Shown here: in pieces, positions 17,519 through 24,361 of the stretch
Layout: the number at the start of each line of letters is the position of its first letter
Position numbering within the stretch: position 1 is the stretch's first letter
Origin: a virus
Taxonomy: Duplodnaviria > Caudoviricetes
DNA length: 24,836 nt
Virus record (IMG/VR): IMGVR_UViG_3300049165_000271
Span: 1 to 24,836 of that record
Strand: one strand, 5' to 3'
Translations under genes and position numbers: made by a program
The notes under the pieces: model-generated
Database searches by the model: none
What the model was told of the DNA's origin: nothing
Seen by the model: the letters and a program-made list of their open reading frames with translations, nothing else

Positions 17519-18424
17519 CTACTTGGTTGCCGAGCGGGCGTTGCGTTCGTCGGCGAGCGCCAGTGCCTTGGCGTGCTCCTCGTCTGCGGAACCGCAGCGG
17601 GTCATGTTCTCCCGGTAGTAAGCCACGACGCTGATCCTCTCGGCCCCGCAGCACTCCAGCATCGCGTCGTTCTTCTCGCCGTGGCGGCAACGCATCGACG
17701 TGTTCGCGTGCCACTGGTGTGCGTCCATGAGGATGAGGTCGCCGTCGTGAAGGTCGGCCGCGACCTGCCATTCGGGGAAGACGAGGCGCCCACCGTCGTA
17801 CTCCCCGCGGCGCAGGACTCCCAGACACGAGTAGCCTTCGGCGAGATCTCCGGCGTCCCGGTGCGTGCCCGTGGGGTAGGTGTTGTTCACAGTGATCGTG
17901 GAGTAGACGGTTCCGGGCACGATCCAGTCGGGCTGCGTCCGCTCTACGCGGGCGAGCTGCGCGGCGTAGCGGTCCGGGACGTGCTGCGCGAAGGCGCCAC
18001 TCATCGTCTCCAGCAGAGGCGCGAGCTGCCGGAAATGGGGAAGGTGCTCGCCGGTCCATGCCGTCAAGCGGCAGTACCGCTGCGTCCCGGACTGTTCCAT
18101 CGCGCCGACGATCGCCGAGGACACCGCCTTGGCGCGAGTCCAGGACTGGCCCTTGATCTTCATCCGCCTCGTGCCCGAGGCGGCACCCCGGTTGTTCGTC
18201 TTGATTCCCTTGAGGGAGTGGAGCACGGGGTAGATGTCGTCGTGTTCGGCGAGAACGCTCGCCAGCGCTCCGGGCAGGAACACGCACAGCGGCCGGCCGT
18301 CGGGCATCAGCACCCGGGTGGCGCCGGTGAGGAGCACCCCATAGGACTCGTCGGTGGGAAGGCGCCCTTCGTGCGCGGCGACGGTATCCGGGTGAGCGCG
18401 GCTGCGAAGCCGCAAGTCGATCAC
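17519..18424 (-). CDS. TET/JBP-family 2-oxoglutarate/Fe(II) dioxygenase (5-methylpyrimidine dioxygenase)
   Basis: YCRLTAW, YSTITVN..Y..GTHRDAGD (HxD), GG.LVFPE, D.HQWHANT (distal His) and RISVVAYYRE.M (2OG-binding Arg region) match phage TET/JBP signatures. Confidence 0.9.
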   Translation of the reverse strand: MIDLRLRSRAHPDTVAAHEGRLPTDESYGVLLTGATRVLMPDGRPLCVFLPGALASVLAEHDDIYPVLHSLKGIKTNNRGAASGTRRMKIKGQSWTRAKAVSSAIVGAMEQSGTQRYCRLTAWTGEHLPHFRQLAPLLETMSGAFAQHVPDRYAAQLARVERTQPDWIVPGTVYSTITVNNTYPTGTHRDAGDLAEGYSCLGVLRRGEYDGGRLVFPEWQVAADLHDGDLILMDAHQWHANTSMRCRHGEKNDAMLECCGAERISVVAYYRENMTRCGSADEEHAKALALADERNARSATK

Positions 18425-18639
18425 GGCACCTCATCCCATTCGATATGGGCGTCGTGGCCGTGAACGGCCAGCATGGATTCGATATCGGTCCAGACGGTGG
18501 TCGAGGGGGTGTCGCTGAGCCACCGCAGGGCCACGGTCCCGTCGCCCCAGCGAATGCCCTCGGCGATGGTGCCGATGTAGCGGAGGCCAGTGTGGTCGCG
18601 GTCGCGAACCAGCCAGAAACGACGATGCTTCGCCTGCAT
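18421..18639 (-). CDS. Small conserved actinophage protein
   Basis: RF.LVRD.D.TG...G..AEG..W.DGTVALRW......ST.W......HGH pattern; GTGA overlap with the TET start; GGAG RBS before ATG 18639. Confidence 0.75.
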   Translation of the reverse strand: MQAKHRRFWLVRDRDHTGLRYIGTIAEGIRWGDGTVALRWLSDTPSTTVWTDIESMLAVHGHDAHIEWDEVP

Positions 18640-18668
18640 CAAATCTCCATATTTGATTCTATTAGGGC

Positions 18669-19403
18669 ATGGATATGTCGGCTCCGCTTGTCGCGGTGAT
18701 CAGCGCCCGCCGTCCGCTCGCTCCCGAGGCCATGAACGTCTTCCTCGCTGATGCGCCCGGTCCGGTGCGCTGGTACGTCGGAGACGGTGAGGCCGCCGAC
18801 TACCGCGCGGCCGGCGCTGCCGACGTCGAGGAAGCGGGCGACCTCGTGCAGGCCCGGAACTCGGCCCTCCGGGACGCCTTCGCGGAGGGGCGGGCGTGCG
18901 TGCAGATCTCCGACGACCTTCGCCGTCTGCACCGTCACTCCGCGATCGGCGGCGGCCCTGCGGGGCTGGGCGAGGTCATCGACGCCATGAGCGCCGCCTG
19001 CGCCGACACCGGAGCGACCCTGGCAGGTCTGCCGCCGACGGACAACGAGTTCTACACGCCCGCCGACCCGAAGTATCGGCACGGGGTGTTCATCGTCGGG
19101 GACCTGATCCACGTGGCCCCGTCGCCGCAGCGCTTCGACCGACAGTTGAAGCTGAAGGAGGACTACGACTTCACTCTCCAGCACCGGAACGCGGCGGGAG
19201 CGGTGCGGGTGCAGACCTACCTCGCGAGCTTCGCCCATCGCGACAACCGCGGTGGAGCGGTGTCCTACCGGACGATGGAGGCGGAGGCCGAGGCGATCGG
19301 CTACCTCATGCACAAGTGGCCGGGCGAGTTCCGGCTCAATCACCGCCGGCCGGGAGAGATCCTTATGCGGCGGCCGACTGCTCCTCGGCGGCGAGCTGCG
19401 TGA
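18669..19403 (+). CDS. TET-associated glycosyltransferase (GT-A fold, TAGT/GREB1-like)
   Basis: VISARRP, ARN.AL, QISDDL (DxD-like), KLKEDYDFTLQH, H..N.GG...YR, KWP motifs; next to the TET/JBP gene. Confidence 0.82.
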   Translation: MDMSAPLVAVISARRPLAPEAMNVFLADAPGPVRWYVGDGEAADYRAAGAADVEEAGDLVQARNSALRDAFAEGRACVQISDDLRRLHRHSAIGGGPAGLGEVIDAMSAACADTGATLAGLPPTDNEFYTPADPKYRHGVFIVGDLIHVAPSPQRFDRQLKLKEDYDFTLQHRNAAGAVRVQTYLASFAHRDNRGGAVSYRTMEAEAEAIGYLMHKWPGEFRLNHRRPGEILMRRPTAPRRRAA

Positions 19404-20076
19404 GCGCGTTCTCGATCGCCTCGGGCTTCACGGCCAGCAGCGCGCCGAGTGCGATCTCCCCGCCGGTCATCTCGGTGCCGAGATCACGGCGCAGCTCGGC
19501 GAAGCGTTCCATCGCCTTCGTGTGGGCGTCCAGCGGCATGACGAGAACCAGCTCGCGAAGGCCGCTCGCGACCTTGTTGCGCGTGCCGAGATTGGAGATG
19601 CGCTCTTCCTCCTCAGCCGGGGTTTCGGCGTAGGAGGGCTTCGTTGTGGCCGGGGGCGCAGTGGTGACCTTGCCGTTGCGGGCGAGCAGGTCTTCGTACT
19701 CGTCCAGGCTGTAGCCGGTACCGGCGAGCGCGGTGGCGTCGGCGCCGAGGTCGTCCAGGAGGGCGAGCAGCGCGGCCTCGTCGTAGGACGCCATGTCCTG
19801 CGTCTTGTTGTCGGCCAGCAAGATCTTCCGGGCACGGTCGTCATCCACATCGAGCCAGATGACCGGCACCTTCTTCTCGCCCTGGGCCTTGGCCGCCTTC
19901 CAGCGGTGCTCGCCCGCGATGATCCTCTTACGCGACGTCTGCGCCAGCACCGCGCCGAAGAAGCCGTTCTCCTGGATCGACTCGGCGATGACCTCGACGT
20001 CGCCGAGTCGAGGGTTGTCCGGGTGCGGAACGAGGTCCTCGACGGCGACGAGTTCATACTTCTGATCAGCGAGCAC
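19363..20076 (-). CDS. ParB/Srx-like N-terminal domain protein of the type linked to phage DNA-modification genes
   Basis: L.PHPDNPR...I..SI..NGF.....IIAGEHRWKAA...G...VPV....ADNK...TGYS motifs; AAGGAG RBS. Confidence 0.88.
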   Translation of the reverse strand: MLADQKYELVAVEDLVPHPDNPRLGDVEVIAESIQENGFFGAVLAQTSRKRIIAGEHRWKAAKAQGEKKVPVIWLDVDDDRARKILLADNKTQDMASYDEAALLALLDDLGADATALAGTGYSLDEYEDLLARNGKVTTAPPATTKPSYAETPAEEEERISNLGTRNKVASGLRELVLVMPLDAHTKAMERFAELRRDLGTEMTGGEIALGALLAVKPEAIENALTQLAAEEQSAAA

Positions 20077-20091
20077 GCTGTCTGTTCTCCT

Positions 20092-20397
20092 TCATGTGAG
20101 CCAGGCGCGGCACATCCCCTGGTGCCGGGAGGTGGTGACCGAGTAGTGCGCCGCGGGGATGACGACCGTGCCGTCCGTCCGCACCCACGCGATCGGGGTG
20201 GCGTAGGAGAGCACGGTGTAGACGACGCCGGGGTTCTGGGAGTCGGCGCGGTAGCGGGCGGCCTCGTCGGGAGGAAGGCGTCCCGTGCTGCCGAGTTCCC
20301 CGACGCCGGCGGTCAGCGATCCGTGAGTTCGGAAGGGTTCGCGTCGGGACAGGGCTCCGTCTGGACCGCCGGCCGCGCGCGTCGGAATGGTCGGCAT
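20092..20397 (-). CDS. Conserved hypothetical phage protein
   Basis: GGAGG RBS; YTVLSYATPIAW...YSVTTSRHQ motif, recognisable from a widespread small phage protein family. Confidence 0.75.
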   Translation of the reverse strand: MPTIPTRAAGGPDGALSRREPFRTHGSLTAGVGELGSTGRLPPDEAARYRADSQNPGVVYTVLSYATPIAWVRTDGTVVIPAAHYSVTTSRHQGMCRAWLT

Positions 20398-20496
20398 GTC
20401 GGGCCTCCGACTTTTTCGTCAAAACCGTTGCGCGTATACGCGGCCCTGGCCGCCGGGCTACTTTTCAGCTCCGGAGGGGGAGGTGCCCCACCCGCC
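20398..20496. other. Candidate cos/packaging-initiation region
   Basis: Intergenic. Minus strand has a G-run/C-run pair (GGGTGGGGCACCTCCCCC), the 12-bp palindrome CGCGTATACGCG (20431-20442) and ACGGTTTTG plus A-tracts; reminiscent of actinophage cos regions. This is an inference. Confidence 0.35.
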
Positions 20497-21504
20497 TTAG
20501 CTCGGGTCGTCCAGTTCCCACCGGCGACGGATCGGCAGCGTGAACGTCGGCCCGCTCACGGCCTTGGCGAGGAGCGCGTCATCTCCCGCCCGGGGCGGCC
20601 CCAGTTCGACACGCCCCATCCGGTCGGGCAACAGACCGTTGCGGTAGGTGCGGTGCGTGCAGCCCTTGCACGGGGCGAAGTCACGGCGGCCCGCATAGAG
20701 CCTTCGGCGTGCGGCGTTCATGGCCGGGGCCTGCCACAGCTCATCCACGGTGGAGTCGTGAACGTTGCCGAGCTTGAACGCGCCCCGCCAGTCGTTGCAG
20801 CAGATCGCCACGTTCCCGTCCCAGCGGATCGCCATCTCCCTGAACGGGTTGGCACAGCGCTGGTCGCTGAGCGACATGTCCGGTGGACCAGCCGCGCCCG
20901 CGTGGTTCGACAGGGTGCTGTGATTACCTTCGTCGGCCTGGCTGATGTCCGCGATCAGGATGAGCCGCTTCTCCCCACGGCGGGGGCGGCGGTGGGCGCT
21001 GGCCACCCCGCCCCCCTCGGGGTAGCGGTGAACATCCACCCCGGGTAGGCGGGTGCCGAGCACGGCCGCGCGCGCCTTGTGGGGTCGGTAGTCGTCCACC
21101 GCCACGGTGTCGGCTCCGGCGGCGAACAGCGCCCCCACCGAGTCAGGCCACGTCGGTAGGAGCGGGATGCCGTTGGTGGTGACCATGATCGGCTGACGCG
21201 GAAGGTGTGACCGCAGGACTCGGAGCAGGTTCGCGAGCTGCGGGTGCTTGGCCGGTTCGCCGTGCATCGCCAGCTCGACGCGCGGGTTCCAGTTCGCGGC
21301 GGCGATCTGGCGGGCGATGGTCGCGGCGGTGTCCAGGCTCATGAACTTGTAGGGGCCGCTGAGGTTGTCGCGGTCGCCGGTGGACTCGCGGATGCCCCGG
21401 ATGCCGCAGAAGCTACAGCGCAGATTGCAGCCCTCAACGGGTTCGAGCTGGATGGAGTTCGGGGGTGGCTGAACGTAGTTGGCTGGCGTGGCGGAGATGG
21501 GCAT
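20497..21504 (-). CDS. Radical SAM protein with C-terminal SPASM/Twitch domain
   Basis: CNLRCSFC (CxxxCxxC), HGEP, TTNG, then C..PF..M.I.WDG.V..CCNDW...LGNV....ELW...PCKGC; AGGAG RBS. Confidence 0.92.
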   Translation of the reverse strand: MPISATPANYVQPPPNSIQLEPVEGCNLRCSFCGIRGIRESTGDRDNLSGPYKFMSLDTAATIARQIAAANWNPRVELAMHGEPAKHPQLANLLRVLRSHLPRQPIMVTTNGIPLLPTWPDSVGALFAAGADTVAVDDYRPHKARAAVLGTRLPGVDVHRYPEGGGVASAHRRPRRGEKRLILIADISQADEGNHSTLSNHAGAAGPPDMSLSDQRCANPFREMAIRWDGNVAICCNDWRGAFKLGNVHDSTVDELWQAPAMNAARRRLYAGRRDFAPCKGCTHRTYRNGLLPDRMGRVELGPPRAGDDALLAKAVSGPTFTLPIRRRWELDDPS

Positions 21505-21521
21505 CGGGCTCCTGATCGGTA

Positions 21522-21667
21522 CGGTGCTCGGCCATGAATGCGTGCGCTCTGCGAGCTGTCCTGACTTCCAATTCGGGAGAGGGACGGCGCCGCTGCGGTG
21601 CGGACGGAATCGGCCGAGGTCGCCCTAGTTGCGGACCGCCGCCGGTGCTCGCCCATGAATGCGTGCG
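21522..21667 (+). repeat. Two 25-bp direct repeats CGGTGCTCG(G/C)CCATGAATGCGTGCG
   Basis: Copies at 21522-21546 and 21643-21667 with one mismatch; the core CCATGAATGCGT recurs at 22787-22798 and 23202-23213. Confidence 0.85.
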
Positions 21668-22030
21668 GCAGTGCAATCCGCAGCTTCGTCCTCGTGAATC
21701 CCGGGGACGTGGATGCGGCTCTGCGGAGTTCTCCTGGCTGGAGCAGCAGCGCAAGCCCGCTCCGGGCGAGGGGATGAGCGCGGGGCCGGTGGCGCCGTGA
21801 TCGGGCTGTGCGACCGCGAGGCCGTGCGCTCGGGCGGCATCCTCCTGGCTGGAGCGTCGATGACGTGGCGTTCGGGGTGAAGGGGCCGACGCCGGCTGCC
21901 CGGACGCGACGGCCACGACAGGACCAGCGAGCGGACCCGAGCGTTTTCGCTGGCAGAAGGACTTTCTCAACCGTTTTCATAACGGACGAATAACGCTCTT
22001 ATTGTCCCTGGTTCGGGGATTGACTACAGT

Positions 22031-22069
22031 TTGTGAACATATGTGACGGAGAGTTAATATGTGTACACA
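22031..22069 (+). promoter_or_regulatory. Promoter P1 (TTGTGA-N18-TAATAT) with overlapping palindrome TGTGTACACA
   Basis: -35 at 22031-22036, -10 at 22055-22060, palindrome at 22060-22069; upstream of the RBS of the 22115 gene. Confidence 0.65.
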
Positions 22070-22114
22070 GCGACCGGGGAGAGGCCCCGGCGCCAGACCC
22101 CAAAGGAGATCGAA

Positions 22115-22645
22115 ATGGCTCGCAAGACCCCCGCGAAGGCGGCTCCGGCCAAGGCCACCGAGGCCGCCCCGCAGGTTCCGGCCAAGGAGGAGGTCACCGC
22201 GAAGACCATCCAGATGGACATCCCGGGCCTGGGTAAGGTCGACGTCCCGGTCGAGTCGGTGGCCCAGGCCGCGCGGGAGCTGCCCACCGCCGCCGCCAAG
22301 CGCGCTGCACAGAAGGCGCTGCCGACCGAGGAGTGGAAGCTCCTCGCCGCCTACCGCCGCTACTCCGAGGCCGTCACCTGCCATGTGGACCTCCGCAACG
22401 AGCAGGCGCGCGAGGCCGGCATGCCGGAGCCGCTGGTGCTGGCTCCCGGTCTGAAGCTGGAGTGGGCGGCGCGCTGCGAGACCCACGACAAGACCCAGCT
22501 CCACCGCTCTAAGGGCGCGGCCACCTACGCGGCGGCCGACTCCATGCTCTGGTGCGAAGGGTGCAAGGAGAACGTCGCCGCCTACGCCAAGCGCCAGGAG
22601 GAGCTTCTCGCAGGGAACAAGCCGAACCAGGCTAAGGAGAAGTAG
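22115..22645 (+). CDS. Hypothetical protein with Lys/Ala-rich N-terminus and putative Zn-binding CxxH...CxxC
   Basis: AAGGAG RBS before ATG 22115; GC3-rich codons; RCETH...WCEGC; followed by a terminator. Confidence 0.82.
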   Translation: MARKTPAKAAPAKATEAAPQVPAKEEVTAKTIQMDIPGLGKVDVPVESVAQAARELPTAAAKRAAQKALPTEEWKLLAAYRRYSEAVTCHVDLRNEQAREAGMPEPLVLAPGLKLEWAARCETHDKTQLHRSKGAATYAAADSMLWCEGCKENVAAYAKRQEELLAGNKPNQAKEK

Positions 22646-22651
22646 CTAGTC

Positions 22652-22678
22652 GGCGGGGGTGGCACGACCACCCCCGCC
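22652..22678 (+). terminator. Intrinsic terminator-like hairpin
   Basis: GGCGGGGGTGG-CACGA-CCACCCCCGCC, an 11-bp stem 6 nt after the TAG, followed by TCAATT. Confidence 0.7.
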
Positions 22679-22836
22679 TCAATTCATCCCATGACCCGAT
22701 ATCCAGATCTTATGGTCGGCCACCCGAGTGGCCGACCATCGGCATCCCGAGGATGGGCGCCACGGATCGTCCGACGCGCCCATTTGCCATGAATGCGTGC
22801 GGCGGGAAGTCACGATCCCGACTTCCCCGTCACCGC

Positions 22837-22875
22837 TTGTGACGCTTGATTACCTAAAGCTAGTTTGTGTACACA
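22837..22875 (+). promoter_or_regulatory. Promoter P2 (TTGTGA-N18-TAGTTT) with overlapping palindrome TGTGTACACA
   Basis: -35 at 22837-22842, -10 at 22861-22866, palindrome at 22866-22875; same architecture as P1. Confidence 0.65.
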
Positions 22876-22961
22876 TCTCTCTCCGGGCGTCCGCCCGGGG
22901 AAGGTGAACTGGCCATCTCGTTGGCTGAATTCATCCCATCAACCGATTACCGGAGGAAATC

Positions 22962-23123
22962 GTGAGGGAAGTTGAACTCCTTCTCCAAGTGCTCCCCAGC
23001 GACTGGGGCGTGACCCCCACCGGCGACCTCGTGGCGCCGTGTGGCGCCACCATCGAACAGGACGGCACGTGCCCCTGTGTAGAGCGCCACGAGTCGCCGC
23101 TGCGCCTGCTGGGCCTGATCTGA
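22962..23123 (+). CDS. Small Cys-rich protein (53 aa), not in the ORF track
   Basis: GGAGG RBS then GTG 22962: MREVELLLQVLPSDWGVTPTGDLVAPCGATIEQDGTCPCVERHESPLRLLGLI; TGATG coupling to the next gene. Confidence 0.75.
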   Translation: MREVELLLQVLPSDWGVTPTGDLVAPCGATIEQDGTCPCVERHESPLRLLGLI

Positions 23124-23416
23124 TGTCCCGACGTGTGCGCAGCCGGCTGCGCCTGACCGCCATCCCCTGGTTCGTCCGGACCTCGCCCCGCCCGGCCGAG
23201 GCCATGAATGCGTCCGGCCGCCGTCCCGACCCCTGGGCGGCATTCCGGTGGCACAGCAACAAAATCGACTGGAGCCTGCCCGGACTCGTCCCAGCACCGG
23301 CCGTTGAGGTCGACCCCTGCGGGTGCCCCTGCAACCGGGGACGACCTTGCGCCGGGTGCGGTCACGCCCGGTGCGGAACGGCTGGCCGCCGACGCAGCTA
23401 CAGGAAGGCCGCGTGA
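23123..23416 (+). CDS. Small basic protein with Cys cluster CGCPC...CAGCGH..C
   Basis: ATG 23123 in a TGATG overlap; its stop is coupled (TGATG) to the next gene. Confidence 0.65.
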   Translation: MSRRVRSRLRLTAIPWFVRTSPRPAEAMNASGRRPDPWAAFRWHSNKIDWSLPGLVPAPAVEVDPCGCPCNRGRPCAGCGHARCGTAGRRRSYRKAA

Positions 23417-23772
23417 TGCACAGCCAGCTTCCCGTCATCGAGCGCAACGTCACCAGCGACGTGGTTCCGAGGACTCCGGGGGTCTTGAAGATCCTGGCGC
23501 GGCACCGGTGGAGCCTCGACAGCCGGGACTTGCGCTTCGCGGACTTCACGACCCTGGACGGCCGCTACTCCCAGGTCCACCGCCAGTTGCGCGGCACCGG
23601 GTTCTACGTGGTCGGTTCGCACGGCATTCCCGATGAGACCCGCTTCCACGCCTCCATCGAGGCGGCGGTCTCGAACGCCCTCAACCACCACTACCCGCCG
23701 AACGACGCTTCGGCTGCTGAACGCATCGGCGCCACTGGCCCCAACCCCCCGCAGGACCAGCAGCACCGATGA
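23416..23772 (+). CDS. Hypothetical protein
   Basis: ATG 23416 coupled to the upstream stop; GC3-rich codons. Confidence 0.7.
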   Translation: MHSQLPVIERNVTSDVVPRTPGVLKILARHRWSLDSRDLRFADFTTLDGRYSQVHRQLRGTGFYVVGSHGIPDETRFHASIEAAVSNALNHHYPPNDASAAERIGATGPNPPQDQQHR

Positions 23773-23857
23773 CGACCGCCCAGGCCGAAAGCGACTTGAG
23801 AACCCGTGTCCGGCCTGGGCGCGCTCACCCACCTATCAAGGAAGGCAGCAGTACCTA

Positions 23858-24361
23858 ATGTACGACGAGAACTCCACGCGCCCGCGCCTGGTCGAGACGC
23901 AGCGCGAACTGCGCGGGCACGACTTCCTGCCCAGCGACGCCGAACTGGCGGAGATCCCCGGCGTCTACGCGACCGAGGACACCCCCGGCCCCCTCAAGAA
24001 GATTCGCCTGCACTACTTCACCGCCGTCGCCGACTGGTGGCTGACCGAGGTGTGGCTGGAGGACGCCGGGGACGACGTCGATCCCCCTCTGTGGATGGCC
24101 TTCGGCTATGTGCGCTTCGCCAGCATCCCGGACGGCGCCGAGTGGGGGTACGTGTCCCTCAACGAATTGGAGCAGCTGAAGGTCACCCACAGGCCGACGG
24201 ACGACCCCATCCTGACGGTGCTCACCGATGTGGGGCTTGTGGTCCCGAAGGTGATCATCGTGGAGCGGGACCTGAGCTGGGAACCGCGCCTGGCCCATGA
24301 GGTCATCCCCGGAATCCCCGCCCCGAACGCCACGGATGAGGAAGGGGCCATCGATGACTGA
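23858..24361 (+). CDS. DUF2958-like protein
   Basis: P.VYATE......LHYF....DWWLTE......AFGYV.....AEWGYVSL.EL.....VERDL.W.P pattern; ATG 23858. Confidence 0.78.
   Translation: MYDENSTRPRLVETQRELRGHDFLPSDAELAEIPGVYATEDTPGPLKKIRLHYFTAVADWWLTEVWLEDAGDDVDPPLWMAFGYVRFASIPDGAEWGYVSLNELEQLKVTHRPTDDPILTVLTDVGLVVPKVIIVERDLSWEPRLAHEVIPGIPAPNATDEEGAIDD

Noticed and set aside
18639-19343. 234-aa minus-strand ORF that would restore operon polarity across the GT gene and ends in a TGATG overlap
   Set aside because: No recognisable motifs and a V/G/R/H-rich composition typical of the antisense shadow of a GC3-rich gene; the + strand ORF has the clear GT motifs.
19363-20076. ParB as evidence of a plasmid-prophage partition system
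   Set aside because: No ParA and no obvious HTH/parS-binding region; sequence type and context fit modification-associated ParB-N proteins.
19252-21048. 598-aa plus-strand ORF
   Set aside because: Antisense shadow of the ParB, small-ORF and radical SAM genes; stop codons are scarce in GC-rich DNA.
21522-21855. Repeats as a mini CRISPR array
   Set aside because: Only two copies of each repeat, gaps of about 96 bp are too long for spacers, and no cas genes are present.
21339-21980. Overlapping 178-aa and 213-aa minus-strand ORFs upstream of the radical SAM gene
   Set aside because: Low-complexity R/P/S/A translations overlapping the radical SAM start, no clear RBS; treated as non-coding, though not excluded.
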